A program made the translations under genes and the position numbers. From Amoebidium appalachense (Eukaryota; Protista; Ichthyosporea), in NCBI GenBank assembly GCA_963693365.1, contig CAVNZM010000004.1, forward strand, positions 6,264,564-6,328,563: 64,000 bases of DNA. Direction: 5' to 3'. Below the pieces are notes generated by a model that did not search any database, was not told the DNA's origin, and was given only the letters and a program-made list of their open reading frames with translations. Shown piece by piece: positions 40,388 to 64,000 of the stretch (position 1 is the stretch's first letter; every line of letters starts with the position of its first letter).

Positions 40388-41446
40388 CGGGTTAAAGAAA
40401 GGGATGGCTGACGGGGTGGGGCCTGGAGGGTGAAGGGGGGGTACTTATATATCGATCTCTGATATACTTACAATAGATCTAGTACAGTAGCTCATGGCCC
40501 GACCGCGTGGGTGTCCTTCATCATCCAGCTGCCACAAGTTTTAAGAAGTCTCGGCCCCGTGCCCACGCATTTATATGCAGGCTGCAGCCGCAGACTATAT
40601 GTATAGTCGGCCGGATATCGATTAATCAGGGGATAGTATCCCATAATACATGACACAAGAGCCGTATGTATGGCTACCTGCTGGGCACACGTGCTAGCTT
40701 TGCGCATGCATGATTGCCACGTGTTTTAACTAGCGCGTGCGCGCATGGTGACAGCGTGTTGTTTCTGAAGTTTGGGGCATGATCATAGCTATAGCCATAT
40801 ATAGGTGGCTATCTATCTTTTGCGCTCGGAGTCCGGATACAAAACTATCTATCTGTTGCTCGAGCATTTGGGCCGCTACCCAACGTCCGTGCTTTAGAAT
40901 ACATTGCAATGATAATACATGGTGTACATACTCCTCCTGCAATTGCTAGCTATTATTAGCCTATTCAGCCTAGTAGGGGGATACATATCGACGCCTCTCC
41001 TTCATTATGTGCATGTGGCTCTGGGTGGCACTGTGGTGTTTGTTATTGCATGTCCCTCGAAATCAAGGTATTACGATGTTACCACACTACACTGGATTGC
41101 AAACATAACTGGCATATATGTGAAGGAAGGGCCCTCATGTAAGCAGTTGTACAGCTCCGGACGTCCCCGCGTAAATCTGTAGATCTGTCTGCGGGTATAC
41201 AATTCGATCACCATTATTACTGTACGTAATGATGGTCCAGCAGTTTTCATCACTATATTGCGGTGTGTGTGCGCGCGCGCGCGTGTGTGTGTGTGTGTGT
41301 GGATGTGGACGTGTGTGCGTGTGTGTGTGTGTGCATGCATGTGTGTGTTTGTCAAGGTGTGTTGTGTATGAATGCGTGCAGTGCACGTGTGTGTGTGTGT
41401 GTGTACGCGTGTGTGTGTGACTGTGATAGTGACACTGTGCGTCTGT

Positions 41447-42211
41447 TGTTGGACATTGTGTTCATAGAAGCTAGTTCTAGTGCACGTTGTTCCTTCTGTA
41501 AGTCAGAAATGATTGCATCTTGTGAGGCCAACCTCTGCTCCAGTAGTTGGACTAGTTGCTGCAACTGTAAGTTGTCAGACATAGTGTCGTGTATGATGGG
41601 TAACTAGTCTATGTGTTTTGTGCACTGGAAACGACAGTAGAAAAGTGTAAATCAAACGTTCTGCTTCCCATGTTTGTGACATGGGAGGCACTGCTTTATA
41701 TAGTCGTTGGCCACCTCATGGTGGCCTCGTGTGCACCCTGGTGGTGGGCCATGTACAGCATGGCCGAAAAGAGAGCACAATGAAAACAAGTCGTTAAAGA
41801 TATAAAAGTTAACTGTGCACGTTGAGTGGCTAGTTAACTTGCACTAAAGCACACAAATAAACGTGTTTAACACACCAATTGCAGTTAAACGTAAATCTTG
41901 CTTCACACAACTAAAAATATTCTGAGAATATCCGGGAATAAAGCACACTACCACTCTAAGAATAGAATCCTGTGGCAAATATAGACATGACATCATCTGA
42001 ACCGGGAATATTAATTAATGAGCACAATTAGCACGTTGCTAGTGAAGCTCGTCATTGGTACAGTTTTGGCTCAAACATATAACTACCATATATGAATATG
42101 ACCGTAAACAAAAGCTCTATGCACTCGAGTGAGTGTTGAAACAGTTATTCAATTGCTCAGAAACTTTCTCTAACAGACATTGCTAGCCGGGAGTACCAGT
42201 GTACTCCAACA
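41447..42211 (-). repeat. LTR-A, 3' copy (765 bp)
   Basis: TGTTGGA...TCCAACA termini; direct repeat of 45185-45949; preceded on the minus strand by a PPT at 42212-42224. Confidence 0.92.
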
Positions 42212-42397
42212 CCCCTACTCAATTGGATAATTGTGGTATGAATTAATGCAACTGAGCTCGAGTGCTTCAGGTGCACAAAATACAGACAATAAAGATTCCC
42301 CTACTCAATTTTAGTATGGTACACGTAGTTGCACAGTCGGATGCAACTCTCTCCCCCCCCCTGAAGTATGAGGGCGCAGTTGGTTGATGACGGGTGC

Positions 42398-44447
42398 TCA
42401 GCACATGTTGAGCATCCCCACGGCCTTGGTGAAGAAAGAGGCAGACAGGGCCTTGGTGAACATGTCGGCCTTGTTGTCAGCAGAAGCCACCGGGACCACA
42501 GTGATGTTGCCCAGCAGGTGATGTTCCTTGACGGAGCAGTAGCGGACGTCGATGTGCTTGGTCTTGGGCTTAACCCCCAGGGTGTCCAGCAGGGCCCGGG
42601 CAGACTCATTGTCCCCATGGATGGGCACCGGGGCCGTGCCCATGTACTCGCCCCCCGTCGGACTGAAACACCTGCATGGGAACACCGTGTTGGGTAACCG
42701 CCGCCTTGTGGTACGTCACATATGCAGCCAGTGTGTCCGACTTCTTGACGAGGGGCACGGCCGTGGTGTGGCCGGTGAATTCGTCGTGGAACGTCGCCAA
42801 GTACTGAGCACCACCGATCGCGGGAGGGAAGGGGCCGCTGATGTCGCTGTGAACCTTGGCTAGGACCCGGGGAGCTTGGCTAGTTGATTCGGAGAAGGCA
42901 ACACGGTGGGCTTTGCCGAGGGCACAGGGCTCACACACACCCGGAGACTTGGCACCGCCACCCACCAACAGGCCTGCAGACTTGATGACCGAGCGTACAG
43001 CGTCAATGCCAGCATGGCCCAGACGGTAGTGCCACGTGTTGAGGTCGGCAGTAACCTTGAGGATACGCGGAGCAGTGGTGGTTTGGGCGTCCGGGGTTGT
43101 GTCCGCGCGCAGAAGAGACACCGCCATGTGGTACAGCTTGGTGCCGACAGCCGAGCCGGTGGCCAGAATTTGATCGCCGTAGCACAACTTAACGCCGCCG
43201 CGGGTGTCAAAGCGGGGTAAAACACCGTTGGTAGTTGCCGTGAACACACTGATGAGAGTGTCGGGGATGGAGGGCACGTAGAGTACATCCGTCAGCTGAT
43301 GCACCGCAGTAACGCCGTCGATGGTGCTGGAAAAGAACACGTCGCCCACCCCAAGCACTGCACATGCACCCTTGTCGGCTACTTGGACCGTGGAGTAAGG
43401 CGCCGCACGCATGTTGATGAACACATCGGGCCGGGGGCACACATGGTCAGTGGCTCCAGAGTCGAGGAGCACCTTGTTGGTGCCACAGTCGTTGCTAGAC
43501 ATGAGGAAAGCCCGGGGAGCGTCAGCCCCCCCCTTGCACTGTGCCGTAGTGTGGGTAGTAGAGGCAGGGTGGTTGATGCAGGACCCAGGCAGGAGGGGAC
43601 CACCCTTAGGTTTGCGGCCGTTGGCACGGTTGCCCCCCTTGCACATGGCGGTAGTGTGACTGGTAGACAGTGGGTGGTTGACGCAGGAACCCTTGGGGTA
43701 GGTGCTGGCACGGTTGTTGCCAGAGTTGCTGTGTTGGCCGTTGCCGTTGGGGCACTGAGACTTGATGTGGCCTGGTTTGCCGCAGCCGTGGCAGATGACA
43801 GGTTGAGGAGCCCGTGTGGTGAAGGCGGCCGGCCCGGAGCTGGTAGTCACACGTGCACGTGGGTGGCTGGTCTCATATGCCCGTAGCTGTTGGAGGAGGC
43901 CCATCACGGTAGGCTTGGGTGTCATCTTGTAGGCAATTACAGGCATTTCGTAGTAAGGCACCTTGCCGAGGTCGTTGGTGAGCTTGGTCAGCACTTGAGC
44001 ATCACCAATTTGTGTGCCGTAATCGGCCAGGCGCCGCACGTAGCCGCGGAGTTTCATGGCGTATTTCGTCGCGGTGTCCGTAGGTTCAGGCGTAGAATTC
44101 ATGTACAGCCCGATAAGGTCGTACTGATTGGCCTCAGATTGCTCCAGGTAGTGGGCAGATAGGGCCGACCATATCTCCGCAGGTGTGGTGGTGCGTGTTA
44201 ACCCTAGGATACAACGCACGTCAATCGAGAGTGCTTGCCACAGGTAGGAACGGGCAGTGTCGACCTGTTCACGGGTAGCCGGGTGCTCCGTACTGGGCGC
44301 GATGGTGTGGAGAAGACCAGCACCAGAAAGCTGGACATACATGGTTTCGGCCCATGTGTGGTAGTCCGTGCCTGAATCATTATCAATGCCAGTGAAGAGA
44401 GGGATGTCGACCTTGAACTTGATGGAATCATTACGTGAGGGGCCCAT
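42398..44447 (-). pseudogene. Copia gag-pol with a large internal deletion (RT absent)
   Basis: Gag with CCHC knuckle CHGCGKPGHIKSQC; protease LLDSGATDH; integrase Zn finger WHYRLGH..CEPCALGK and core VHSDISGPF..FQSDGG; jumps at ~42630-42655 to the RNase H C-terminus (GDNESA..KTKHIDVRY..ADMFTKAL); indel in a G-run at ~42651-42657. Confidence 0.9.
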
Positions 44448-44452
44448 AACCC

Positions 44453-44882
44453 TGTTGGAAGTAGAGTCCGCTGTGACTAGGGTCGTCGTGGCGCGCTTGG
44501 GCGCTGACCCGTTTTTTACTGCTTTCAGTGTGTTAACTCCATGACTGAACTCCATGACTGAACTCCATGACTGAACTCCATGACTGAACTCCATGACTGA
44601 ACTCCATGACTGCACCTGGCAGAGACGTGGCTTATATACCCGTGGGGCAGCAGTCTGGAATGTAATCCGGATGCCAGGTGCTAATCGGATTGGTTACTTT
44701 CATTTAGAGATCTCTGGGACCAGTGAACCAATCGTTTGCAGTCAAAACACAATTGGCAACATTCCTCAACTATGCAGATGTGCATGTGGTGATCGAGTGT
44801 CAGCGTGTGTCTGTGTACACGGAACCAATTGTAAAGCTAACATACACATATTGTGGAGTGAGCGTAAGTCTGCACTCCAACA
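44453..44882 (-). repeat. LTR-B, internal copy (430 bp), containing about 6 copies of a 13-bp unit CAGTCATGGAGTT
   Basis: TGTTGGA..TCCAACA termini; inverted near-identical match to 47700-48103 and 48324-48727; PPT before it and PBS after it on the minus strand. Confidence 0.9.
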
Positions 44883-45184
44883 CCCCTACCCAATTGGAGA
44901 AGTGTACACACCACTAGAGAAGAGAGAGTGAGTGTGGCTGCTTGCAGGGTAGACCGGGGTGTGCATTCCACTGTGGTGCGTGCCCCGCCAATGAAGTGGA
45001 ATACTTGACGTTGATGTCGCAGGCTGCTGCGGATGGAGTTTGTGGAAGCGAAAGTCTCTACTTCACGGAAATACGCTCGCGGGTGTAGGGTACAGCCTAG
45101 AAGTCGGGTTCTGGCTCCTCCGTTCAAGGCGTCGTAGGGGACGTGAAGTTAGAGGCCGCGGTGTCGTGTCTGGGCCCATAACCC

Positions 45185-45949
45185 TGTTGGACATTGTGTT
45201 CATAGAAGCTAGTTCTAGTGCACGTTGTTCCTTCTGTAAGTCAGAAATGATTGCATCTTGTGAGGCCAACCTCTGCTCCAGTAGTTGGACTAGTTGCTGC
45301 AACTGTAAGTTGTCAGACATAGTGTCGTGTATGATGGGTAACTAGTCTATGTGTTTTGTGCACTGGAAACGACAGTAGAAAAGTGTAAATCAAACGTTCT
45401 GCTTCCCATGTTTGTGACATGGGAGGCACTGCTTTATATAGTCGTTGGCCACCTCATGGTGGCCTCGTGTGCACCCTGGTGGTGGGCCATGTACAGCATG
45501 GCCGAAAAGAGAGCACAATGAAAACAAGTCGTTAAAGATATAAAAGTTAACTGTGCACGTTGAGTGGCTAGTTAACTTGCACTAAAGCACACAAATAAAC
45601 GTGTTTAACACACCAATTGCAGTTAAACGTAAATCTTGCTTCACACAACTAAAAATATTCTGAGAATATCCGGGAATAAAGCACACTACCACTCTAAGAA
45701 TAGAATCCTGTGGCAAATATAGACATGACATCATCTGAACCGGGAATATTAATTAATGAGCACAATTAGCACGTTGCTAGTGAAGCTCGTCATTGGTACA
45801 GTTTTGGCTCAAACATATAACTACCATATATGAATATGACCGTAAACAAAAGCTCTATGCACTCGAGTGAGTGTTGAAACAGTTATTCAATTGCTCAGAA
45901 ACTTTCTCTAACAGACATTGCTAGCCGGGAGTACCAGTGTACTCCAACA
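45185..45949 (-). repeat. LTR-A, 5' copy (765 bp)
   Basis: Direct repeat of 41447-42211; TATA-like TATATAAAG on the minus strand; followed by a PBS at ~45172-45184. Confidence 0.92.
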
Positions 45950-45992
45950 TCTGTCTGTTTGTGTGTCACGGTGTGCGCGAGTGTACTAGGCA

Positions 45993-46035
<43 letters not shown>

Positions 46036-46123
46036 CGTGTGTGTGTGTGTCTCACTCTGTGTATAGGTATGTGTGTTTGTGGATGTGGATGTGGGCTACC
46101 ACCTACTGAGGCGGTGTCTCCTT

Positions 46124-46164
<41 letters not shown>

Positions 46165-46376
46165 TAAAAGGGCCGCCTGAGTAGATGTATAACGTCGCAC
46201 GTGCGGCAACACGTCAGTACGTGTTAGGGATGTGGGTGTGTGTATGTGTTTCTGATTGTGAATGTGTGTCTGCTTGTGTGTGTGTGTGTGTGTGTGCGCG
46301 CGCGCGCGCGTGTGTCCGGTGTGCGTGTGTGTGCACATGTGTGCAGTGCACGTGTGGGTGTGTGGGTTTGTGTGTG

Positions 46377-46466
<90 letters not shown>

Positions 46467-47487
46467 GTGTGTGTGTGTGTGTGTGTGCATTTCATTAATG
46501 CACATGTGTACATGTCTACATGTGTTTGTGTGCATGCATACGTGTGCGGAATATGTGTGACCACTTTCATACCGTAGAAAGTTAGACTGTGTGCACGTGG
46601 GTGGCGGCTTCATTATCGGCATCACATTCAATGATGGCCACCGTCTGTGCGGAATTATTCAATTTTGCGCAACTGCGCACACTACATGGGGATTAAAGAT
46701 TGTAGTATGCTATTGAAATATCTTAGCCAAATTTATCGTCTGTGTCTACGTGTGTGCGTCACGGCGCCGTGTCACGAAGTCACGTGTTGTGTGTGTGACG
46801 CGAGCTGTGTGTATGTGTGTGTGTGTGGGTATTGTGTGCATGTAAATTTCTCGATTGTGATATTCCGATGTGGAAATTGTCGTTTTCCAGTCATCTGCAG
46901 TCATCCGGGAAGTATTAATTTCTGATCAAAGGTTGGAGGGTTATTTGACCCGGCCACATGTTAAAAACGTGCCACCGTTCACGTTTTGAACTCTGGTGGT
47001 GCCCGCCCACGTAGGTTGTGAGTGTCACAGTGTCGAAGCCCACCTGAAGGTGCCACAGTTTCTCTTGCAGTCTCTTCACCTACCCAAAAACATTCCATAC
47101 ATCCAGTAAATCACTGAACTCCCTCCCCCTCCGCCCCCCTTCCTCTCTTCCCCTCTCTCTCCCTCCTCCCCCTCTCCCTCTCCCCCTCCCTCCTCCTTCC
47201 CCCCCCCCCCCCCCCCCTCTCCCCACAGACACACACACATACATCCCGGCCTCACATAGCCAAGTAGCTATAGCCTCGCTGATACAGTGAGGCAAAAGAC
47301 AACATAGAAGAGATACGACTAGCATCCCAGGTGCAGTATGGCTAGGTCTGTAGGTAGAATCAAGGGGGAACATAAAATACCATAACATCTCTTGACGATC
47401 TCCATGACTGCGATCTCCATACACACTGGCTATCCCTGCCCCCCCCCCCCCCCCCCCCCCTTTTTTTGTGTGTGTGTGTGTGTTCAA

Positions 47488-47625
<138 letters not shown>

Positions 47626-47699
47626 GGGGGGGGGGGACACACGGTCCAACACTTTGTGGTGTCGAAATGCTCACCCGCAAAGATTAGGGATGCCCCCCC

Positions 47700-48727
47700 T
47701 GTTGGAGTGCAGACTTACGCTCACTCCACAATATGTGTATGTTATCTTTACAATTGGTTCCGTGTACACAGACACACGCTGACACTCGATCACCACATGC
47801 ACATCTGCATAGTTGAGGAATGTTGCCAATTGTGTTTTGACTGCAAACGATTGGTTCACTGGTCCCAGAGATCTCTAAATGAAAGTAACCAATCCGATTA
47901 GCGCCTGGCATCCGGATTACATTCCAGACTGCTGCCCCACGGGTATATAAGCCACGGCTCTGCCAGGTGCAGAAATGGAGTTCAGTGATGGAGTAAAGAC
48001 ATGGAGTTCAGTCATGGAGTTAACACACTGAAAGCAGTAAAAAACGGGTCAGCGCCCAAGCGCGCCACGACGACCCTAGTCACAGCGGACTCTACTTCCA
48101 ACAGGGTTATGGGCCCAGACACGACACCGCGGCCTCTAACTTCATTAGAGACTTTCGCTTCCACAAACTCCATCCGCAGCAGCCTGCGACATCAACGTCA
48201 AGTATTCCACTTCATTGGCGGGGCACGCACCACAGTGGAATGCACACCCCGGTCTACCCTGCAAGCAGCCACACTCACTCTCTCTTCTCTAGTGGTGTGT
48301 ACACTTCTCCAATTGGGTAGGGGTGTTGGAGTGCAGACTTACGCTCACTCCACAATATGTGTATGTTAGCTTTACAATTGGTTCCGTGTACACAGACACA
48401 CGCTGACACTCGATCACCACATGCACATCTGCATAGTTGAGGAATGTTGCCAATTGTGTTTTGACTGCAAACGATTGGTTCACTGGTCCCAGAGATCTCT
48501 AAATGAAAGTAACCAATCCGATTAGCGCCTGGCATCCGGATTACATTCCAGACTGCTGCCCCACGGGTATATAAACCACGGCTCTGCCAGGTGCAGAAAT
48601 GGAGTTCAGTCATGGAGTTCAGTCATGGAGTTCAGTCATGGAGTTAACACACTGAAAGCAGTAAAAAACGGGTCAGCGCCCAAGCGCGCCACGACGACCC
48701 TAGTCACAGCGGACTCTACTTCCAACA
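47700..48727 (+). mobile_element. TRIM (terminal-repeat retrotransposon in miniature) with LTR-B repeats
   Basis: 404-bp LTRs at 47700-48103 and 48324-48727; 220-bp non-coding interior with PBS GGGTTATGGGCCC and PPT GGGTAGGGG; inserted in a poly-C run (apparent TSD CCCCC). Confidence 0.9.
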
Positions 48728-50346
48728 CCCCCCCCCCCCCCCCCCCCCCCCCCCGTCTTTTCCCCCCTCCCCCCCCCCCCCCCTCCCCCCCTTTCTTCTT
48801 TCTCCCCTTTTGCCTTTTTTTTTCTTTTCTTTTTTTCCCCCCCTCCCCCCCCCCCCCCCCCCCCCCCCGTCAGAATGTGATGCACAGCACACATATGTAT
48901 GCATTCCCTAGCAATAATTATCTCTGTACGGATCGGATAATGCACAGACACATGCACACACAAAACGCAGTGAGTGGGCATTGGAATCTTGAGATCAGAT
49001 AGGCTAAGCGTTTGATTAACGCCATCCCGTAGATCCGCCGCCGTGTGTGATTGATATGTAGAGCACAGGACAACAAGTCTACATATCAGAGTGTCAAACA
49101 TATCTGTTGTATAATACATATATATTTTTGTAGGCACTCGGATATATCATGTTGTTTACACTCTGGGCCTCTTGTAACCAGCTGTACTTACCTCTGTTTA
49201 TCGCATAGGCATCTTAGGAATCCTATAGACAGTGCAGTTGTGTTTGCTATGAGATTGCCATAGATAAACTGTGTGTGATTGGTCGTAGTGATCTAGCCAG
49301 TGGGTATATAAGCTGTCCAAACTATGGCATAATAAACATGAGTCGCCATAAACATTGAACAGATCCCCTCCTTCTTTTATCTTTTTTTTTCCCTTTTCCC
49401 CCCCCTCCCCTCCCCTCCCCCTCCCCTCCCCCTCCCCCCCCCCCCCCTGCCCCCCTCCCCCCCCCCCCCCCCTGCCCCCCTGCCCCCCCCCCCCCCCCCC
49501 CCCCTTTTTTTTTCTTCCCTTTCCTCATTTTTTTGTCATAAGAATGTATGTGCTGAATTTACTAAGCCTTTTATAATGGTGGGACGTGCATGCACATGAT
49601 TCGTTTACTGTACCAACACTCACACATAGCACCAATACAATACGGCAACTTACATGCCCTGGGCCCCCAGCCACTGAACCGCCCTTAAACAAAGTTATGC
49701 CAAAGTTTCGAGCAAGCAGTTTCACAGCTTCAAGGCCATTGCATTCAAATTTATTGGGCAAAGGTTATTGGCATGCCCGAACGACATTACAACTGCTAAT
49801 CAACATCTTTGTGGCATTAGTAACCTGTGATCAACTGGACATGGGTCGGCTAACTCCGTTTTATATTAATTCACTAAGTTACTGTCAAACAACTCACCGC
49901 TAAAACCATTGCCGCTAGCTACTTTCAAATCTATATTTCAACATTTATCTTGCAATTGAACATTGGTAACTGAACTTGTATACATACATGACTTGATTAA
50001 CACTATGTGCTTCCACTAACTTTCGGACGACGGCGGTCCCTGTACGTTCACCAAAGGCTTAAAGTATACATACTATCATCATGAATGTGACATTGTGGCA
50101 GTTGATCAATATGCACACTTGCCTTCACGCGCACCTGACTATCATCAGGTGAGTCACAGCAGGAAGATTACTTGCATCATACAATTTTTTCCCATACTCC
50201 CCCTATTACTATCATCACACATTATCATACCCATCCGAATCTATGAAATCCTCAAACCAGACAGCTAAATTGAATGCTACGTAGGATTGCCAGGGTGATC
50301 TCACAGAGTACCTTCCATGACAACACACCACCACGTTTTTTATGTT

Positions 50347-64000
<13,654 letters not shown>

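Larger units (their letters stand above)
41447..45949 (-). mobile_element. Non-autonomous Ty1/copia LTR retrotransposon, chimeric (LTR-A / LTR-B / LTR-A)
   Basis: Two apparently identical 765-bp TG..CA LTRs; 5-bp TSD TCTGT at 41442-41446 and 45950-45954; PBS GGTTATGGGCCC; PPT GAGTAGGGG; internal gag-PR-IN(partial)-RNaseH(partial). Confidence 0.92.

Noticed and set aside
44534-44612. 13-bp tandem repeat, and the regularly spaced TSP1 exons, as CRISPR-like arrays
   Set aside because: The 13-mer has no spacers and lies inside LTR-B; the TSP1 units are spliceosomal exons; no cas genes and a eukaryotic context.
42606-44615. 669-aa ORF as an intact host gene or autonomous gag-pol
   Set aside because: Its N-terminus is LTR-B repeat sequence, and the element lacks RT and most of the integrase C-terminal part and RNase H.

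Overview
Intron-rich eukaryotic genomic DNA with standard GT-AG introns and very dense (CA)n/(GT)n and poly-G/poly-C tracts; a unicellular holozoan/protist source is my inference only. Contents, in order: a 5'-truncated LINE-type retroelement; a two-exon type I membrane protein gene; a head-to-head pair of intronless DUF3253-like (winged-helix) genes; a ~16-exon PX-domain + RVxF + ankyrin gene; two paralogous minus-strand genes built from one-exon-per-domain thrombospondin type 1 (TSP1) arrays ending in a divergent C-type-lectin-like domain; a hAT-type MITE; a chimeric three-LTR copia element; and a related TRIM. Main finding: both DUF3253-like genes have an in-frame TGA at codon 30, at the position of the family's conserved Cys (T-I-C-P-S motif), and each has a well-formed type II SECIS-like hairpin in its 3' UTR. 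They are strong candidates for a selenoprotein family I do not recognise from known selenoproteomes. The ORF track misses their N-termini because it stops at the TGA. All alignments and folds were done by eye; no database searches were run.
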